DNA of 64,000 nt. Origin: Eledone cirrhosa (Eukaryota). Made by a program: the position numbers and the translations under genes. Position 1 is the first letter of the stretch. Each line of letters starts with the position of its first letter. The stretch lies in the NCBI GenBank assembly GCA_964016885.1, contig OZ024743.1:335916001-335980000 (forward strand). Reading direction: 5' to 3'. This document shows, one piece after another, positions 1 to 14,813 of this stretch. Under the pieces are notes generated by a model. That model worked only from the letters and a program-made list of their open reading frames with translations. It had not been told where the DNA came from and made no database searches.

Positions 1-3000
1 ACAAATGCAATTTAAAAATTAATCGATTTTCCCCAATAGGGGGAGACATTTCATATGGGTAACACATACCCCCCCCCCCAAATGTATAACCCTCATCTCC
101 AGGAGTACAAAGAGTTTGTACTCCTTTCCTCTCTTCCTCTCTTTCCTCAACCTACAGGCTGATATAGAGAGAAGGCCCATTCACTCGGGCCATTCTCGCC
201 ACTTTCAGCCACCTTTCATAAAGCTTGATGGGTACAACACCTCTCTTCCATCCTGATTCTTCTTCCAAAGTGGTATTTGAAAAAAGAATCAGTTGTTGGA
301 GAGAAAGGTGTCTGACCTCAGCCCTTTTAACCTCGTCCACCATACAACCTCTTTCGCCATAGCTATCACACAAAGGAAAACCACCTCTCCTTTGTTTTTG
401 AAGGATGGTGGCGGTTTGATCATGACAATGGACTCGGTGGTCAACCGGATTGGTCCCACCAGCGACAATAGTCATTCTACATAGTTCCACAGGTGGGTAA
501 CGCCCCGGCAGTGTATGAATGCGTGCGCGACGGTTTCTTCGTCTCGCACGCATCTCGGACAGATCTTTTTCGAAGGGTCCCTGCTCGGGCGCCCATGTCT
601 GTAGAGCTTGTCTCGAACTGGTAGAGCTCCTCGGTAGCACTGCCAGGCCAGGGACTTTTGGAAGTTGTCCATCGGTCCCGGGCGGAAGGTCCTACCGAAC
701 AGACTGGCCAGTTCGTCTTCCTCTACGCCTAGAATTTCTCCGAGCACGTCGTCGCACTTGCTGCGGATCAACCCTCTATAGAATGACGAAGTATAGTCTC
801 CACTGACCGCCGGGTCCGCCTGCCAGAGAGCTGTGAGCGCCTGAGCACATTCCTCGGTCTTTTCTTGACCCAGGACTGCAGCTCGGACATCGAGACGAGT
901 CTCGGAAAGGCTCGCCTCACGAACGGGGCCCACACCGGTTGTCCGGTGAGGAATACGTAGAGATGCCGCAGCCTGAGCGCGTGTTTGCGCATCGTCAGCC
1001 ACGGCATTCCCAGCTCTCCGTTGGAATGGGGTTGGCAGCAGATGGATCTTCTCACCAAAGGAGCCCGCTTCTTCCAAAGGAATTGGAAGAGCGCGCGCTC
1101 CATTTTGGTGAGCCTATTGGCTGGACAAGGCACGACGGCCAAGCAGTAGTAGATGACGGACGCTATAAAAGTGTTCACCACCTCCGCTCGACCTTTCAAG
1201 GATAGTTTGCACTCGGCCCACTTCTGGGTGAGTGCAAACACCTTGGCCGTCACCTCGTTCCAATTCTTCTCCACCTGGAGCTCCGGACCAAACCAGATCG
1301 CGAGCAGCTTTACCGGTCTTTCCGTCCAGCCTCCGACTACGCCATCGGAAGGCATCAGTTGACCTCTCCACGATCCGAGTTGCAAACCGATGGACTTGTC
1401 CCGGTTCAGCTTCGCTCCTGTGAACCTTTCGTATTCCTTCAGTAAGGTGCCAACTTCCTCGATTTGCGAGGTGCTCGACACCATTACTGTCAAGTCGTCG
1501 GCGTAGGCCGACGCCGCTTTCCACAGTCCCGGTTCCAGAGGGGTGCACTGGAATAGCTCCAACTTCCACAGTAGTGGATCAACAGTCAGTACGTACAGAA
1601 GAGAGGAGAGAGGGCATCCGTGTCGAATGGATCGCGTGATAAGGAACGGCTCCGAGAGGTAGCTGTTCACCTTGACCCTTCAGCAGATGTTGCTGTTGTG
1701 CATTGCAGCAATCCAGCCCCTAAACACAGGTCCGAAGACTGCCGCCTCGAGCACCGCATCCAGGTAACGATGGTCAACCCTATCGAAAGCCTTAGACTGA
1801 TCCAAGTTGATCAGGGCCCAGCCGGAGATTTGGGTTTGCCGCATTGGCTCAGCGCGTCCCCTATCTCAGCGGCTGAAATCGGCTTTTCGCAGAACTTTGC
1901 CTCGCTGTCCGAGAGTCGCGGTAAGCCGTCGAGGTATGGACCGAAATCCATAGCCCCTCCCGCCCTATCCGAACAGCTGAGCAAAGTGCCGCTGAAAGGC
2001 CGCGCACATCTGCTTCGGCTCACGTATCACGCGTCCGTTTTGGTCCTGCAAAGACTGAATCGTGGACTTGTTGCCACTTTTTGCCTCCGTCACCCGGGCC
2101 CAGCTAACAGCTTTGGCTCCCTCGTTACCCAGAGCACGTATTATGCTTCTGACAACGCAGTCCTCGTGCTTTGCGTCGAAGAACTGGTCCAAAGCTGTTC
2201 TCGTTGCTAGCACGCTGGATACGTTGCCACTTCTAATTGCCTCTTCTTCTTTATCTATCAGTTCCTTCTCGGTCCTATTTCTATTTAACGCTAATTCTTT
2301 ACTAAAAACTAACGAGTCTAATCTAACTGCCCTCTTGAGAGAGTAGCACCATATGTTGTTGACAATGGCCCCTGTCAAGTGCTGTTTAACTAAAGGGTTA
2401 ATCCGTCTACTGTAGGTTTTGCATGTCGGTAGCGACAAGTTCAGCTTCCTGTAGCCGGGTTCTTGTCTATGGGTTCTATCAAGGTTGACCATGCAGGTCA
2501 CTAGTTTGTGATCTGAATAGGCAACTATAAACATTTGTTGACAGCTTAACATGTCCCTATCTTTATTTCTAACTAGAACCCTATCTAGGTACGATCTAGA
2601 TATTCCGCTGGGATTTGTCCACACACCCACAGTAGCACAGTCGGAAAATCTAGTCGATATCTATCGGCCAGGTAAAATCGGCCGATTAACTGGTGGAGGC
2701 TGTTACACCCCCCTTTATCGGGACATGCTCCCACATAGTCCCAACGTGCATCTAGGATTCCATTCCAGTCACCCATTAAAAGCAAGGAACGGGACGTTCC
2801 CAGAAAAGTCTCTAGACGTTTGATGAAATCTGGCCGCGGTGATGGGGCATATGTGGCCACCAGCCTGAAGGCTCCACCTTCACTACCGTCAACGTCTAGG
2901 ACCACCAGTTGACCCTCGGGTCCAGATGTACCGTCTGTGTTACGAGGTCCAGGTGTTTCCACAGCAAAACGTCAACCTCGCTCCCAATCCCGGCTGACAG

Positions 3001-5430
3001 AGAGATGCGTAGATCTCAAAGTCGTCGAAGATGGGGGGCCAGCTATCGCTCGCTGTGGATCCTGGACTCGCAAATGGCTACTACATCCATACATTGCGAC
3101 CTGAGGTCGTTTAAGAGTTTGCCCTGTTTCCAGGGCATCCCCAGGCTGCGTACAGTCACACAACCAAACCTTATATTGGCCATGTTGGTGGTGAAAAGTT
3201 AAAAGAGGAAAAGAAATCACTCACCTCTTCGTCTCCTGGGGACCAGGCTGCCCGATTTCGATGGGGGTGTTGGAGGGGTTTTCTGGGTGGGTGGTGGTTT
3301 CCTGCGGGGTTGGGACGGAGATGTTTGGTGAGTTGGGGGTGTCTGGTGGGATGGGGGGGGGGATTTGAGAAGGATGCGGTTAAGTGGTTTCACGCAGGAA
3401 TTCCCCACATCCTTTTCAAATGTTTCTTTTAGAGACCTATATGTTTGCATAGGGACCCTAATCAGTTTTAGGTTCGGTTTTTTATTATTTTTATTAGTGT
3501 GTGCGAAAGTTTTTGCTTCGGTTTTCACCGAAGGGTTGTTCGTCATGGTCTCCATTAGTGTTTTGTTTTCAGTGTTTATGTATGTGTAAGTGTAATGTTC
3601 TTGTGCTGTGTTTGTTTTTGTCTGTAGTTTTTGTGTACTTTCGTTTTGTTGTAGGTGTTTGTGTTTGGACTGATGTCGTGGTTTTGTTTTAGGGACGGGG
3701 GATTTTGTTTGTAATGTTTGTGTTGTTTGTGTTGGTGGTTTGTATGTTTGTAGTGATGTTTGTTGCTTTTTTGTTCATGTGGTGTCTTTTCTTCTTTCTT
3801 TTCGTCCCTTGGTGATGATGAGGGGGGCCTCGTCCGTTGTGGTGTCTGTGTTATTTGGAAGGGGTATGTTTTGGGGAGCTGTTGTGTTTGTGAGTGTTTT
3901 TGCAGTGGTTTTAGGTGGAGTTGGGTTGGGTGGGACTGTGCTTGCAGTTTGGTTTGTTGTTCTTGTTTTGGTTGTGTTTGCGTGTTGTTGTTGTTGTTGT
4001 TGTTGTTGTGGTGGTGGTGGTGGTGGTGGTGGTGGTTGTGTTATTTGTTTTGGGTGTCGGCAATAGTGCCTCTTTTTTTGCAGCTAGCTGAGGACAGTAA
4101 GCCTTCAGGTGACCACTGCTTAAACAGTGGTAACATGAAGGCCGCCTACACCCAACAGAAATGTTTATGTATGAAATCCCATCAAGAGGCACACGTTGGG
4201 GTATATTAGCTATCCGTTCTGGCCTCATTTGGACCAGAACTTCCATGCTTGTACCATTGAATGTGCCTCTGGAGGACTTTCCCACTGAAATGATGGTGTC
4301 TTCATCGAAATCGATGAAGCCAGTCAAAATCCACCAGACGTTTACATTTGGTGTAATGTTCGAAATTTTAATTTTCTGGGTTCTTTTTCCCATATATGTG
4401 GGGAAAAAGGTGTAAAGGGGGGGGGGGACACAATTGGCGACACAGAATATTTTTGTGCTGTCAATTGGTCTTTCATCAACAACAAAATGCTTCCAAAAAG
4501 TTAAACTTTTTGGATGAAGGCAATATCCTTCATTGAATTTTTCAGAACCAGTTCAATGTCGTTTTGGGATAATTAGACTGTTTTTTTTGACACTTTTGAA
4601 ACTGTCCTTAAAATTATTGTTTGTAGGATAGTTTCTCTACGTAACTATTGAGGAGAAGTGATGCTGAAAGCACCACTCTCACCCAAAGTTACATACTGCT
4701 TTGCATCTCTTACAACTCCCTAGCATTGGAGATGTCAAGGTATATATATAGTTCCGTCTTTTGGACGGTTTGTGCAAAGGAAATATTTTCCTTGTTTGTG
4801 GAGTTGTTCGTATTGCTGTTGTTGGTGATGGTGTTGTTGTTATTATTGTTGCTGTCGTTGTTGTTCTTGTTGTCATTATTGTTGTTGTTGCTGTTGTTGT
4901 TGTTGTCACTGATGTTGATATTGTTCGTATTTGCCTTGGTGTTAGTGTTGTTGGTGTCTTTGATGCTGGTATTTTTCTTTGTTGTTGTCATTTTTTTTTC
5001 ATCATCATTATTGATGTTGTTATTTTTATTGTCATTGTACTGTTTGGTGTCATTTGGATTTGAATTCTTTTTTACAATTTGGTTTCTTATTTGCATCTCC
5101 ATAGTATCTATGGAGAAGGAAAGGGAAGAAGACGATGTTGACTGCGAGCTATGTAGTCATACCGACTCTCCACCACCATTATCGCCAAACGCAGCGTTCA
5201 TCGTGTAAGCAAACTTCTTACGATATTGCTTTTTCAGAATTCGATAGATAAAAATTTTCAAACGAATATTTCACCCCTGGTGGGGGGGGGGTGAAAATGA
5301 GTTGACCCACCGCGTGAAGGTCCAGACGGGGGGGCGGTCAAACTACACAATAATATCAAAATTGAACAAAAACTTACGGTTTTTCCACCATAAATTTACA
5401 AAAATTTCGGAGCGAAGTAAACAACGTCTA
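1..5430 (-). mobile_element. Tx1/L1-clade non-LTR retrotransposon copy A, decayed; 3' end runs off the window
   Basis: Minus-strand ORF pieces in LINE order: ORF1 with CCHC knuckle (CYHCLSSGHLKAYC, 3911-4393), APE endonuclease pieces (GDWN, SYLDR, SDHK; 1965-2962), RT (GCPLS, AYADD; 768-1670), C-terminal CPRC..ETVAH zinc motif (472-1077). Many frameshifts. Confidence 0.92.
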
Positions 5431-5436
5431 AGTAGA

Positions 5437-8400
5437 CAGATATGTTTCTTTATTAGCCACAGGGGCACAAAAGAAGGGGAAAAATACAAAGGGGGAAGTT
5501 TACATACAATAAGAACGTGTAAAATATTATCACAAATGCAATTTAAAAACAGAGACATTTCATATGGATAACACAAATCCCCGAAAAAATGTGCAACTCT
5601 CATCTCCAGGAGTACGAAGAGTTTGTACCCCTTTCCTCCCTTCCTCTTTTTCCTCAACCTACAGGCTGATATAGAGAGAAGGCCCATTCACTCGGGCCAT
5701 ACTCGCCACTTTCACCCACCTTTCATAAAACTTGCTGGGGTACAGAACCTTTCTCTCCATCCTGATTCTTTTCCCAAAGTAGTATTTGAAAAAAAGAATC
5801 AGTTGTTGGCCGGAGAGAAAGGTGCCCTTTTAACCTTGTCCACCATACAACCTCTTTCGCCATAGCTATCACACAGAGGAAAACCGCTTGTCTTCGTTTT
5901 TGAAAGGGGGAGGCGGTTTGATCGTGACAATGTACTCGGTGGACAACCGGATTGGTCCCACCCACGACAGTAGTCGTTCCACATAGCCCCACAGGTCAGC
6001 AACGCCCGGGAAGTGTACGAATGCGTGTGCGACGGTTTCCTCGTCACGCACGCTTCTCGGACAGATCTTCTTCGAGGGGTCCCTACCCAGGCGCCCGTGT
6101 CTGTAGAGCTTGTCCCGAATGGCTAGAGTTCCTCGGTAGCACTGCCAAGCCTGGGACCTCTTGAAGTTGTCCATCGGTCCCGGGTCAAACGTCCTACCGT
6201 ACAGACTGGGTAGCTCGTCTTCCTCCATGTCCAGAGCCTCTCCGAGAGCGTCGCCGCATGAATGTTGAGATTGAGTTTCCACTGATTGTTGGATCCGGTT
6301 GCCAGAGAGCTGTGAGCACCTGGGTACATTCAATGTGCCAGTCGCCCAATTTTTCGGTCTTTGCTTGACCAAGGATTGCAGCTGGGCGAGTGAGACGAGT
6401 CTCGGAAAGGTTCGCCTCACAAACGGGGCCCACACCGGCTGACCGGTGAGGAATGCCTGGAGGTGCCGTAGCCTTAATGCGTGTCTACGCATCGTCAGCC
6501 ACTGCCACCCCAGCCCTCTGTTCGAAGGGTGCCGACAGCAGATAGATCTTCTCACCAAAGGAGCCCGCTTCTTCCAAAGGAATCGGAAGAGCGCGCGCTC
6601 CATTTTGGCGAGCGTTTTCGCTGGGAAAGGCATGACGGCCAAGCGGTAGTAGATGACGGACGCTATAAAAGTGTTCGCCACCTCCGCTCGACCTTTCAGG
6701 GATAGTTTGCACTCGGCCCACTTCTGTGCGTGTGCAAACAACCTTCCCGTTACCTCGTCCCAGTTTTTCTCCACCTGGAGGCCCGGTCCGAAACCTGACC
6801 CCGAGCAGCTTAACCGGTCTTTCCGTCCAGCGTCCGACTAAGCCGTCGGAGGACATCGGTTTGCCCCTCCACGTTCCGAGTTGCAAACCGATAGAATTTT
6901 CCCGGTTCAGCTTGGCTCCTGTAAACCTTTCGTATTCCTCCAGTAAGGTGCCGATCTCCCCGATTTCCGAGGCGCACGACACCATTACTGTCATGTCATC
7001 GGCGTAGGCCGACACCGCTTTCCGCAATCCCGGTTCCAAGGGGATGCCCTGCAACAGCTCCAACTTCCGCAGTAGTGGCTCGAGAGCCAGCACATGCAGA
7101 AGGGAGGAGAGAGGGCATCTCTGTCGGATGGATCGCGTGATTCGGAACGGCTCCTAGAGGTAGCCGTTCACCTTGACCCTCGAGCAGGTGTTGCTGCTGT
7201 TCATTGCAGCAATCCAGCCCCTGAAAATGGGTCCGAAGCCTGCCGCCGCGAGCACCACATCCAGGTACCGATGGTCGACCCTATCGAACGCCTTAGATTG
7301 ATCCAAGTTGATCAGGGCCCCACCAAAGCTGGGTTCGCTCCCTACCCTCTCTACGATGTATCGCATGAGGTGGAGGTTGTCGTGTATGGACCTGGACAGG
7401 ATTGCGCATGTCTGCGCTTCTCCCACCAGGTTCCCGACAACAAGCGCCAATCTCTTTGCTAACACCTTGGCCAAAATCTTTAACTCTGTGTTTAGCAGAG
7501 TTATGGGCCAGAAGTTATCTATGTCATCCCCTTGTTCTCGTCCTTCCTCACCAGCGTGACTACGCCCTTGGTCACAGAACTGGGAATTCTCCCATTTTGT
7601 TATCAGTTGCAGTAGACCGCCACGAGGAGACCGGAGAACAAGTCTGGCATCGCCTTATAAAGTTCGTATGGTAGACCATCGAGACCCGGAGATTTGCGTT
7701 TGCCGCATTGGCTCAGCGCTTCCCCTCGGCGGCTGAAATCGGCCTTTCGCAGGACTTCGCCTCCCCGTCCGAGAGCCGCGGCAGACCGTCGAGGTATGGA
7801 CCGAAATCCATGGACTCACCCGGCCCGACGCCCCTCCCGAACAGTCGTGCAAGGCGCCGTTGAAAGGCCGCGCACATCCGCTCGGGTTCAAGGATCACGC
7901 GTCTATCCTGGTCTTTCAAAGACAGAATCGTGGACTTGTTTCCACTTTTTGCCTCTGTCACTCGGGCCCAGCTAACAGCTTTGGCTCCCTCGTTACCCAG
8001 AGCATTATTTTACTCCTGACAACGCAGCCCTCGTGCTTCGCGTCAATGAACTGTTCTAGGGCCGTTCTTGACGCCAGCACGCCGGCCACGTTGCAACTCC
8101 TAATCGCCTCTTCTACTCTATCTATTAATTCCCTTTCAGTTATATTCCTATCTGATGCTAATTCCTGACTAAAACCTATCGATTCTATTCTAATTTCTCT
8201 CTTGAGAAGGCCCCACCACTTGCTGTTGACAATTGCCCCCGTCAACCGCTTCTTAACTAGAGTGCTAATCCGCTTACCGTAAGCTTTGTTTGTCGGTAAG
8301 GACAAGTTTAGCTTCCAGTAACCGGGTCCTTGTCTATGGGTTCTATCAAGGTTGACCACTCCGGTCACCAATGTGTGATCCGAATAGTGAACCATGAACA

Positions 8401-11051
8401 TTCGTGGACAGCTTAATATGTTCCTATCCCTATTTCTAACTAGGAACCTATCTAAGTACGACCTAGATGTTCCGCTATGATTAGTCCACGTCCACAGTGG
8501 CACAATCGGAAAATCTAGTCGATATCTATCGGCCAGATCACATCGGCCGATTAACCGTTTGATGCTGTTACACCCCCCTCTATCGGGACATGCCCCTCCA
8601 TAGTCCCAACGTGCATCCAGGATAACATTCCAGTCCCCCACTAAAAGCAAGGAGCGAAACGTTCCCAGAAAAGTTTCTAGGCATCTGAAGAAGTCCGGTC
8701 GCGGTGTCCCAGATGGGGCATACTCTGCCACCAGCCTGAAGGCTCCACCTTCACTACTGCCGACGTCTTGAACCACCAGTCGACCCTCCAGGTCCAGGTG
8801 TACCTTCTGTGTGGCAAGACACAGGTGTTTTCGTAGCAGAATGACAACACCACCCCCACCCCCGGCTGACAGAGAGATGCGTAGATCTCAAAGTCGTCGA
8901 AGATGGGGGCCAGTTGGCGCTCGCTGCTGATCCTGGACCCGCAAATAGCCATTACATCCACTCTGTGCGACCTGAGGTCATTTAAGAGTTTGTCCTGTTT
9001 CCAGGACATCCCCAGGCCGCGTGCATTCACACATCCAACTCTTATATTGGCCATGTTGGTGCTGAATAGTTAAAAGGGGAAAGGAAATGACTTACCTCTT
9101 CGACTCCTGGGGACCAGGCAGGCTGCACAATTTCCATGGGGGTGTTGGAAGGAGTGTTTGGTGGGTTGGTGGTTTGTGATGGGGTGAGGACATCAGTGTG
9201 TGGTGTGGCTGGTGTATTTGGTGGGGTGTGGGTGTCTGAGGTGGGGGTGAGGAAACATTTCAATATGACGCGGTTAAGTGTTTTGGTGCAGGGGGCCCCA
9301 CATCCATTGGATGGTTCTTTTTCAGTGTTATATAGGTAACCATTGGGACCCTAATCATCTTTAGGTGCAGTTTGCCCGCTGCGTAGGTGAAAGTGATCCC
9401 TTCGGTTTCCACCCAAGGGTTATTGTCTAATGCTTTCATCAAAGTTTTATTGTTCTTGTTAATGTATAGTGTTTTTGTTGTGTTGTGTTTGTTTGTTTTT
9501 TGTTGTTGTTCTTGTGCGTGTTTGCGTTTTGTAGTATGTGTTATGTTTTCAGGAGGGTGGGTTTTTTTGTTTGTGATGTTTGTTCTGTTTGTGCTGGTGG
9601 TTGTGTGTTTGTTGCATTTTTTTAATGTGGTGCCTTCTTTTTTTCCTTTTCACCTTTTGGAAGGGTTCTCCCTCGTCGTCACTGGTTGACGTTGATACAG
9701 AGTCCCCTTCCGTGTTGTTGGGGAGGGGTATATTTTGGGGTTTTGTTGTGGTTGCTGTTGTATTTGTTTAAGGTGGGGAGGGGTTGGGTGGGACAGTGTC
9801 TTGTGTTGTTATTTTTCCGTGTTGTTGTGGTTGTTGTTGTTATGGTGGTGGTGGTGGTGGTGGTTGTGTTGTTGTGTTCGGGGTTCGCAGAAGAGCTTTT
9901 TTTTTAATCGTTAATTGAGGACAGGCAACCCTCAGGTGACCCCTGCTTAAGCCGCCTTCCCTCCACTGAAATGTTTATATAGGTTAGCCCGTCCAGAGGC
10001 ACTCGTTGTGGGATATTAGCTATTCGTTCTAGGCTCATTTGCACCAGAACTTCTACGCTAGTCCCACTAAATACACCTCCGGAGGACTTTCCTACTGAGA
10101 TTATCCTGTCTTCATCAAAATCAATGAATCCACATAGTATCCACCAAATATTTACATTTGGTGTGATACTCATAATTTTTATTTTGTGTGTCCTTTTTCC
10201 CCTGTATGTGGGGAGAAGGTGAAACGGGGCGACACAATGGGTGATACAGCGTATTTTTGTGCCGTTGGCTGGTCATTCATTAGCACTGAAATGCTACCAA
10301 ACAGTTTTCCTCTTTGGATGAAGGTTATGTCCTTCATAGCATCTTTTAGAACCAACTCAATTTCATTTTGTGATAATGAGCTGGTTTTCTAGTTTCGTTA
10401 GATATTGTCCTGAAAACCACAGTTTTCAGAACAGCCTCTCTACGTAATACCTGTGGGGAATTGATGCTAAAAGCACCGTTTTGTCCAAAAGTCACGCATT
10501 GTTTTGCCTCTTGTAGTAGTTGTTTTGCATTAGTTATGTCAATTGGCGTGTATAGTTCTGTTTTTTTTACAGTTTGTGCGAACGTTGTTTTGGTGTTGTT
10601 GTCTTTCTGGTTGTTGTTGTTGTTGTCACTGTTGTTGCTGTTGTTCATATTTTCCTTGGCGTTGGTATTGTTCCAGTTGTTGGTTGTGGTGTTATTGTTA
10701 TTGTTATTGTTGTTGGTGGTGGTATTATTTACCCGGTTTGGTTCCGTGGTTGCAATATTTACAACGTTTTTCGATAAGGCGAGGGGGGGAAGGCTGCAAT
10801 CTTTGTACTCCTACCTTCCCTCCGCCACTTTTCTTAGTGGGCGTGGCACTCGCTACAGTGTGCGAGGTTGAAATGGCATCCATTATTGACTACCAAGTCT
10901 ACACAGATTTTTGAGATGAAAAGTCGCCCCAAAAGGCCCAGACAAGGGGTTAAACTAAACAATACTAACAAATTGAACAATGAACTCATAGTTATTTTAG
11001 CAATAATCCGTAAAAAATCCGAAGCGAAGTAATGCACGTCTATCAAGCACG

Positions 11052-11052
<1 letters not shown>
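5437..11052 (-). mobile_element. Tx1/L1-clade non-LTR retrotransposon copy B, full-length and decayed
   Basis: ORF1 pieces (9904-10648), endonuclease (MANIRVGCVNARGL, GDWN, SDH; 7958-9054), RT (LDQSKAFDRVDH, AYADD; 6485-7474), C-terminus 5869-6774. Collinear with copies A and C. Confidence 0.92.

Positions 11053-11128
<76 letters not shown>
11053..11128. repeat. (GATA)n microsatellite between Tx1 copies B and C
   Basis: Perfect gata run read directly. Confidence 0.97.
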
Positions 11129-11130
<2 letters not shown>

Positions 11131-11362
11131 ATATGTTTCTTTTTATTTACCACCAGGGCATCAAAAAGTGGGACAAGTACAATGGGGGGAGTTTACACAA
11201 ACTGGCGAGTAAAGAATACAAATAACAAATATAGAATTAACAATAAAGTTCTCAATAGGGAGGGGGCGTTTGGGGGTCGCACACACCCCCGAAAAAGTGT
11301 GCAACCCCTTCTCCTCAGGAGCACAGAAAGAGGGTGCTCCCTCGTTCCTTCCTCTTTTCCAC

Positions 11363-14300
11363 CTACAGGCTGATGTAAAGAGAAGGCCCATTCACACGGG
11401 CCATTCTCACCACTTTCACCCACCTTTCATAAAAACGACTGGGGTGGAGCACCTCTCTCTCCATCCTGATCCTTCTTCCGAAATGATATCGGAAGAAACG
11501 GACCAGTTGCTGGCCAGAGAGAAAGGTGCCTGACCTCAGTCCTTTTAGACGCGTCCACCATACAACCTCTTTCACCATGGCTATTACGCACAGAAACACC
11601 GCCTCTCCTTCATGTTTGAAGGGGGAGGCGGCTTGATCGTTACAATAGACTCGGTGGTCAACCGGATCGGTCCCACCCTTGACAGCAGTTGTTCGACATA
11701 GCCCCACAGATTGGCTACGCCCGAGCATTGTACCAATGCGTGTGAAACGGTTTCCTCGTCGCACACGCATCTGGGACAGATCTTTTTGGCGGGGTCCCTA
11801 CCCGGGCGCCCGTGTCTGTAGAGCTTTTCTCGAACGGGTAGAGCCCCTCGGTAGCAGTGCCAGGCCAGGGACTTCTGGAAGTTGTCAATAGGTCCCGGGC
11901 TGAATGTCCTACCGAACAGGCTGGCCAGTTCGTCTTCCTCCATGTCTAGGGCTTCTCCGAGGGCGTCGTCGCCCCTGCTGCGTAAAAGCCCTCTATAGAA
12001 TGTTGCGGTGGAGTCTCCACTGATAACCGGGTCCGCCTGCCAGAGGGCGGTGAGCGCCTGGGCACACTCAGTGTGCCAGGCGCCCAGTTTTCTCGGTCTT
12101 TGCTTGACCCAGGATTGCAGCTCGGTGAGTGCGACGAGTCTGGGAAAGGTTCGTCTCACAAACGGGGCCCACACCGGTTGACCGGTGAGGAATACGTGGA
12201 GGTGCCGTAGTCTTAATGCGTGTTTACGCATCATTAGCCACGGCATCCTCAGCCCTCCTTTCAAAGGGTGTTGACAGCAGGTGGATCTCCTCACCAAAGG
12301 AGCCCGCTTCTTCCAAAGGAATTGGAAGAGTGCACGCTCCATAGGCGAGAGTTTCCCTTGGGCAAGGCACGACGGTCAGGCGGTAGCAGATGACGGACGC
12401 TATATAGGTGTTCGCCACCTCCGCTTGACCTTTCAGGGATAGTTGGCAACTGGCCCACTTCTGGGTCAGTGCAAACACCCTGTTCGTAACCTCAGCCCAG
12501 TTCTTCTCCGCCTGGAGGTCTGGTCCGAACCAGACCCCGAGCAACTTCACCGGGCCCTCCGTCCAGCGTCCGACGACGCCATCGGAGGGCATCGGTTTGC
12601 CCCTCCACGTGCCGACTTGCAGACCGATCGACTTGTCCCGGTTCAGCTTAGCCCTGTGAACCTTTCGTACTCCTCCAGTAAGGTGCCGATCGCCCCGATT
12701 TCGGAAGCCGTCGACACCATTACTGTCACATCATCGGCGTAGGCCGACACCGCTTTCCGCAATCCCGGTACCAAAGGGATGCCCTGCAACAACTCCAACT
12801 TCCGCAGTAGTAGCTCGAGAGTCAACACATACAGAAGGGTGGAGAGAGGGCACCCCTGTCGGATGGACCGCGCGATTTGGAACGGCTCCTAGAGGTAGCC
12901 GTTCACCTTGACCCTAGAGCAGATGCGGCTGCTCTGCATAGCATAGCAGTGTTCCAGCCCCTGAAAATGGGTCCGAAGCCTGCCGCCGCTAGCACCGCAT
13001 CCAGGTAACCATGGTCGACCCTATCGAACGCCTTAGATTGATCCAAGTTGATCAGAGCCCCACCAAAGCCAGGTTCGTTCCCAACCCTCTCTATGATGTA
13101 TCGCATGAGGTGGAGGTTGTCATGGATGGATCTGGACGGGATAGCAGATGTCTGCGCATCTCCCACCAGGTTGCCCACGACAAGCGCCAACCTCTTTGCT
13201 AGCACTTTGGCCAAAATCTGTAACTCTGTATTTAGCAGAGTTATGGGCCTGAAGTTACTTATTTCGTCCCCCTTGTTCTCGTCCTTCCTCACTAGCGCGA
13301 CTAAGCCCTTGGTCACAGCACAGGGAATTCTCCCGTTCTGTTGCCAGTTGCAGTAGACCGCCTCGAGGAGATCGGGGAACAAGTCCGGCATAGCTAGATA
13401 TAGTTCGTATGGAAGACCATCGAGACCCGGGGATTTGCGTTTGCCGCATTGGTTCAGCACGTCCTCTATCTCAGCGGCTGAAATCGGCTCCTCGAAGGAC
13501 TTCGCCTCCCTGTCCGAGAGACGCGGCAGGCCGTCGAGGTATGGACCGAAGTCCCCATCCCCAACCGGCTCCCCGCCTCTTCCGAACAGTCGGGCAAAGT
13601 GCCTTTGAAAGGCCTCACACATCTGCTTAGGCTTAAGGATCGCCCGTCCATCCTGGTCTCGCAAAGACCGGATGGTGAATTTAGTTCCACTCTTGGCCTC
13701 TGTCACGCGGGCCCAGCTAACAGCTTTGGTCCCCTCGTTCCCTAGAGCACGTATTTTACTTCGGACAACGCAGCCTTCGTGCTTCGCGTCGAAAAACTGG
13801 CTCAAAGCCGTTCTCGACGCTAGCACTCTGGCCACGTCGCTGCTTCTAATTGCCTCTTCTACTCTATCTATTAGCTCCCTTTCCTTCCTATTCCTATCCG
13901 CAGCTAGAACCTTACTAAATTCTATCGAGACTACTCTAATCTCTCTCTTTCGAGATACCCACCACCTGCTGTTGACGATCGCTCCAGTCAACCGCTCCTT
14001 AACTAACGTACTAATCCGGTCCCTGTAAGCTTTACTTGCCGGCAAGAACAAGTACCGCTTCCAGTAACCGGGGCCCTGTCTATGCGTTCTATCAAGTTTG
14101 ACCAACTTGTGGTCTGAATAGCCAACCATGAGCATTTCTGGACAACTTAAAAAGTCCCTGTCCTTATTTCTAACTAAGAACCAATCTAGGTACGATCTAG
14201 ATTGACCGCTACAATTTGACCAAGACCAGGTTGGCACCGTCGGAAAATCTAGTCGAAATCTATCGGCCAGGTCAAATCGGCCGAGTAACCCCTTGAGGCT

Positions 14301-14813
14301 GTTGCACCCCTCTCTATCGGGACATGCCCCTGCATAGTCCCAACGTGCATCCAGGATACCATTCCAGTCCCGCACTAAAAGCAGGGAACGGGACGTCCCT
14401 AGAAAAGACTCCAGACGCTGGAAAAAGTCGGGCCGCTCTGTCCCAAAAGGGGCATATGCGGCTACCAGCCTAAAGGCTCCACCTTCACCACTGCCAAGGT
14501 CCAGCACCACCAGTCGACCCCCCGGGTCCAAGTGAACTATCTGTGTGGCGAGACCCAGATGTTTTTGCAGCAGAACGACAACCCCACCCCCACCTCCGGG
14601 CTGACAGAGAGATGCGTGCATCTCAAAGTTATCAAATGTGGAGGCTAGCTGTCGCATGCTGCTGATCCGGGCCTCGCAGATAACCATCAGATTTATAGAT
14701 CGTGCCATGAGGTCATTTAGAAGCATTGCTTGCTTCCAAGATGAGCCCAGGCCACGCGCATTTAGACACCCTACTCTTAGCACAGCCATGTTGGTGGTAA
14801 GGAGAAAAGGCAC
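11363..14813 (-). pseudogene. ORF2 (APE endonuclease, reverse transcriptase, C-terminal Zn motif) of Tx1 copy C, frameshifted
   Basis: 636-aa ORF with CLNARGL, SDHK, KSPGLDG, NFRPITLLN, LDQSKAFDRVDH; then AYADD (12643-12828) and CPRC..ETVSHALVQC (11584-12342). Confidence 0.92.

Noticed and set aside
3365-5208. Hydrophobic plus-strand ORFs resembling membrane proteins (also 9387-10914 and 15240-15827)
   Set aside because: They are antisense to the Asn/Thr-rich low-complexity parts of Tx1 ORF1.
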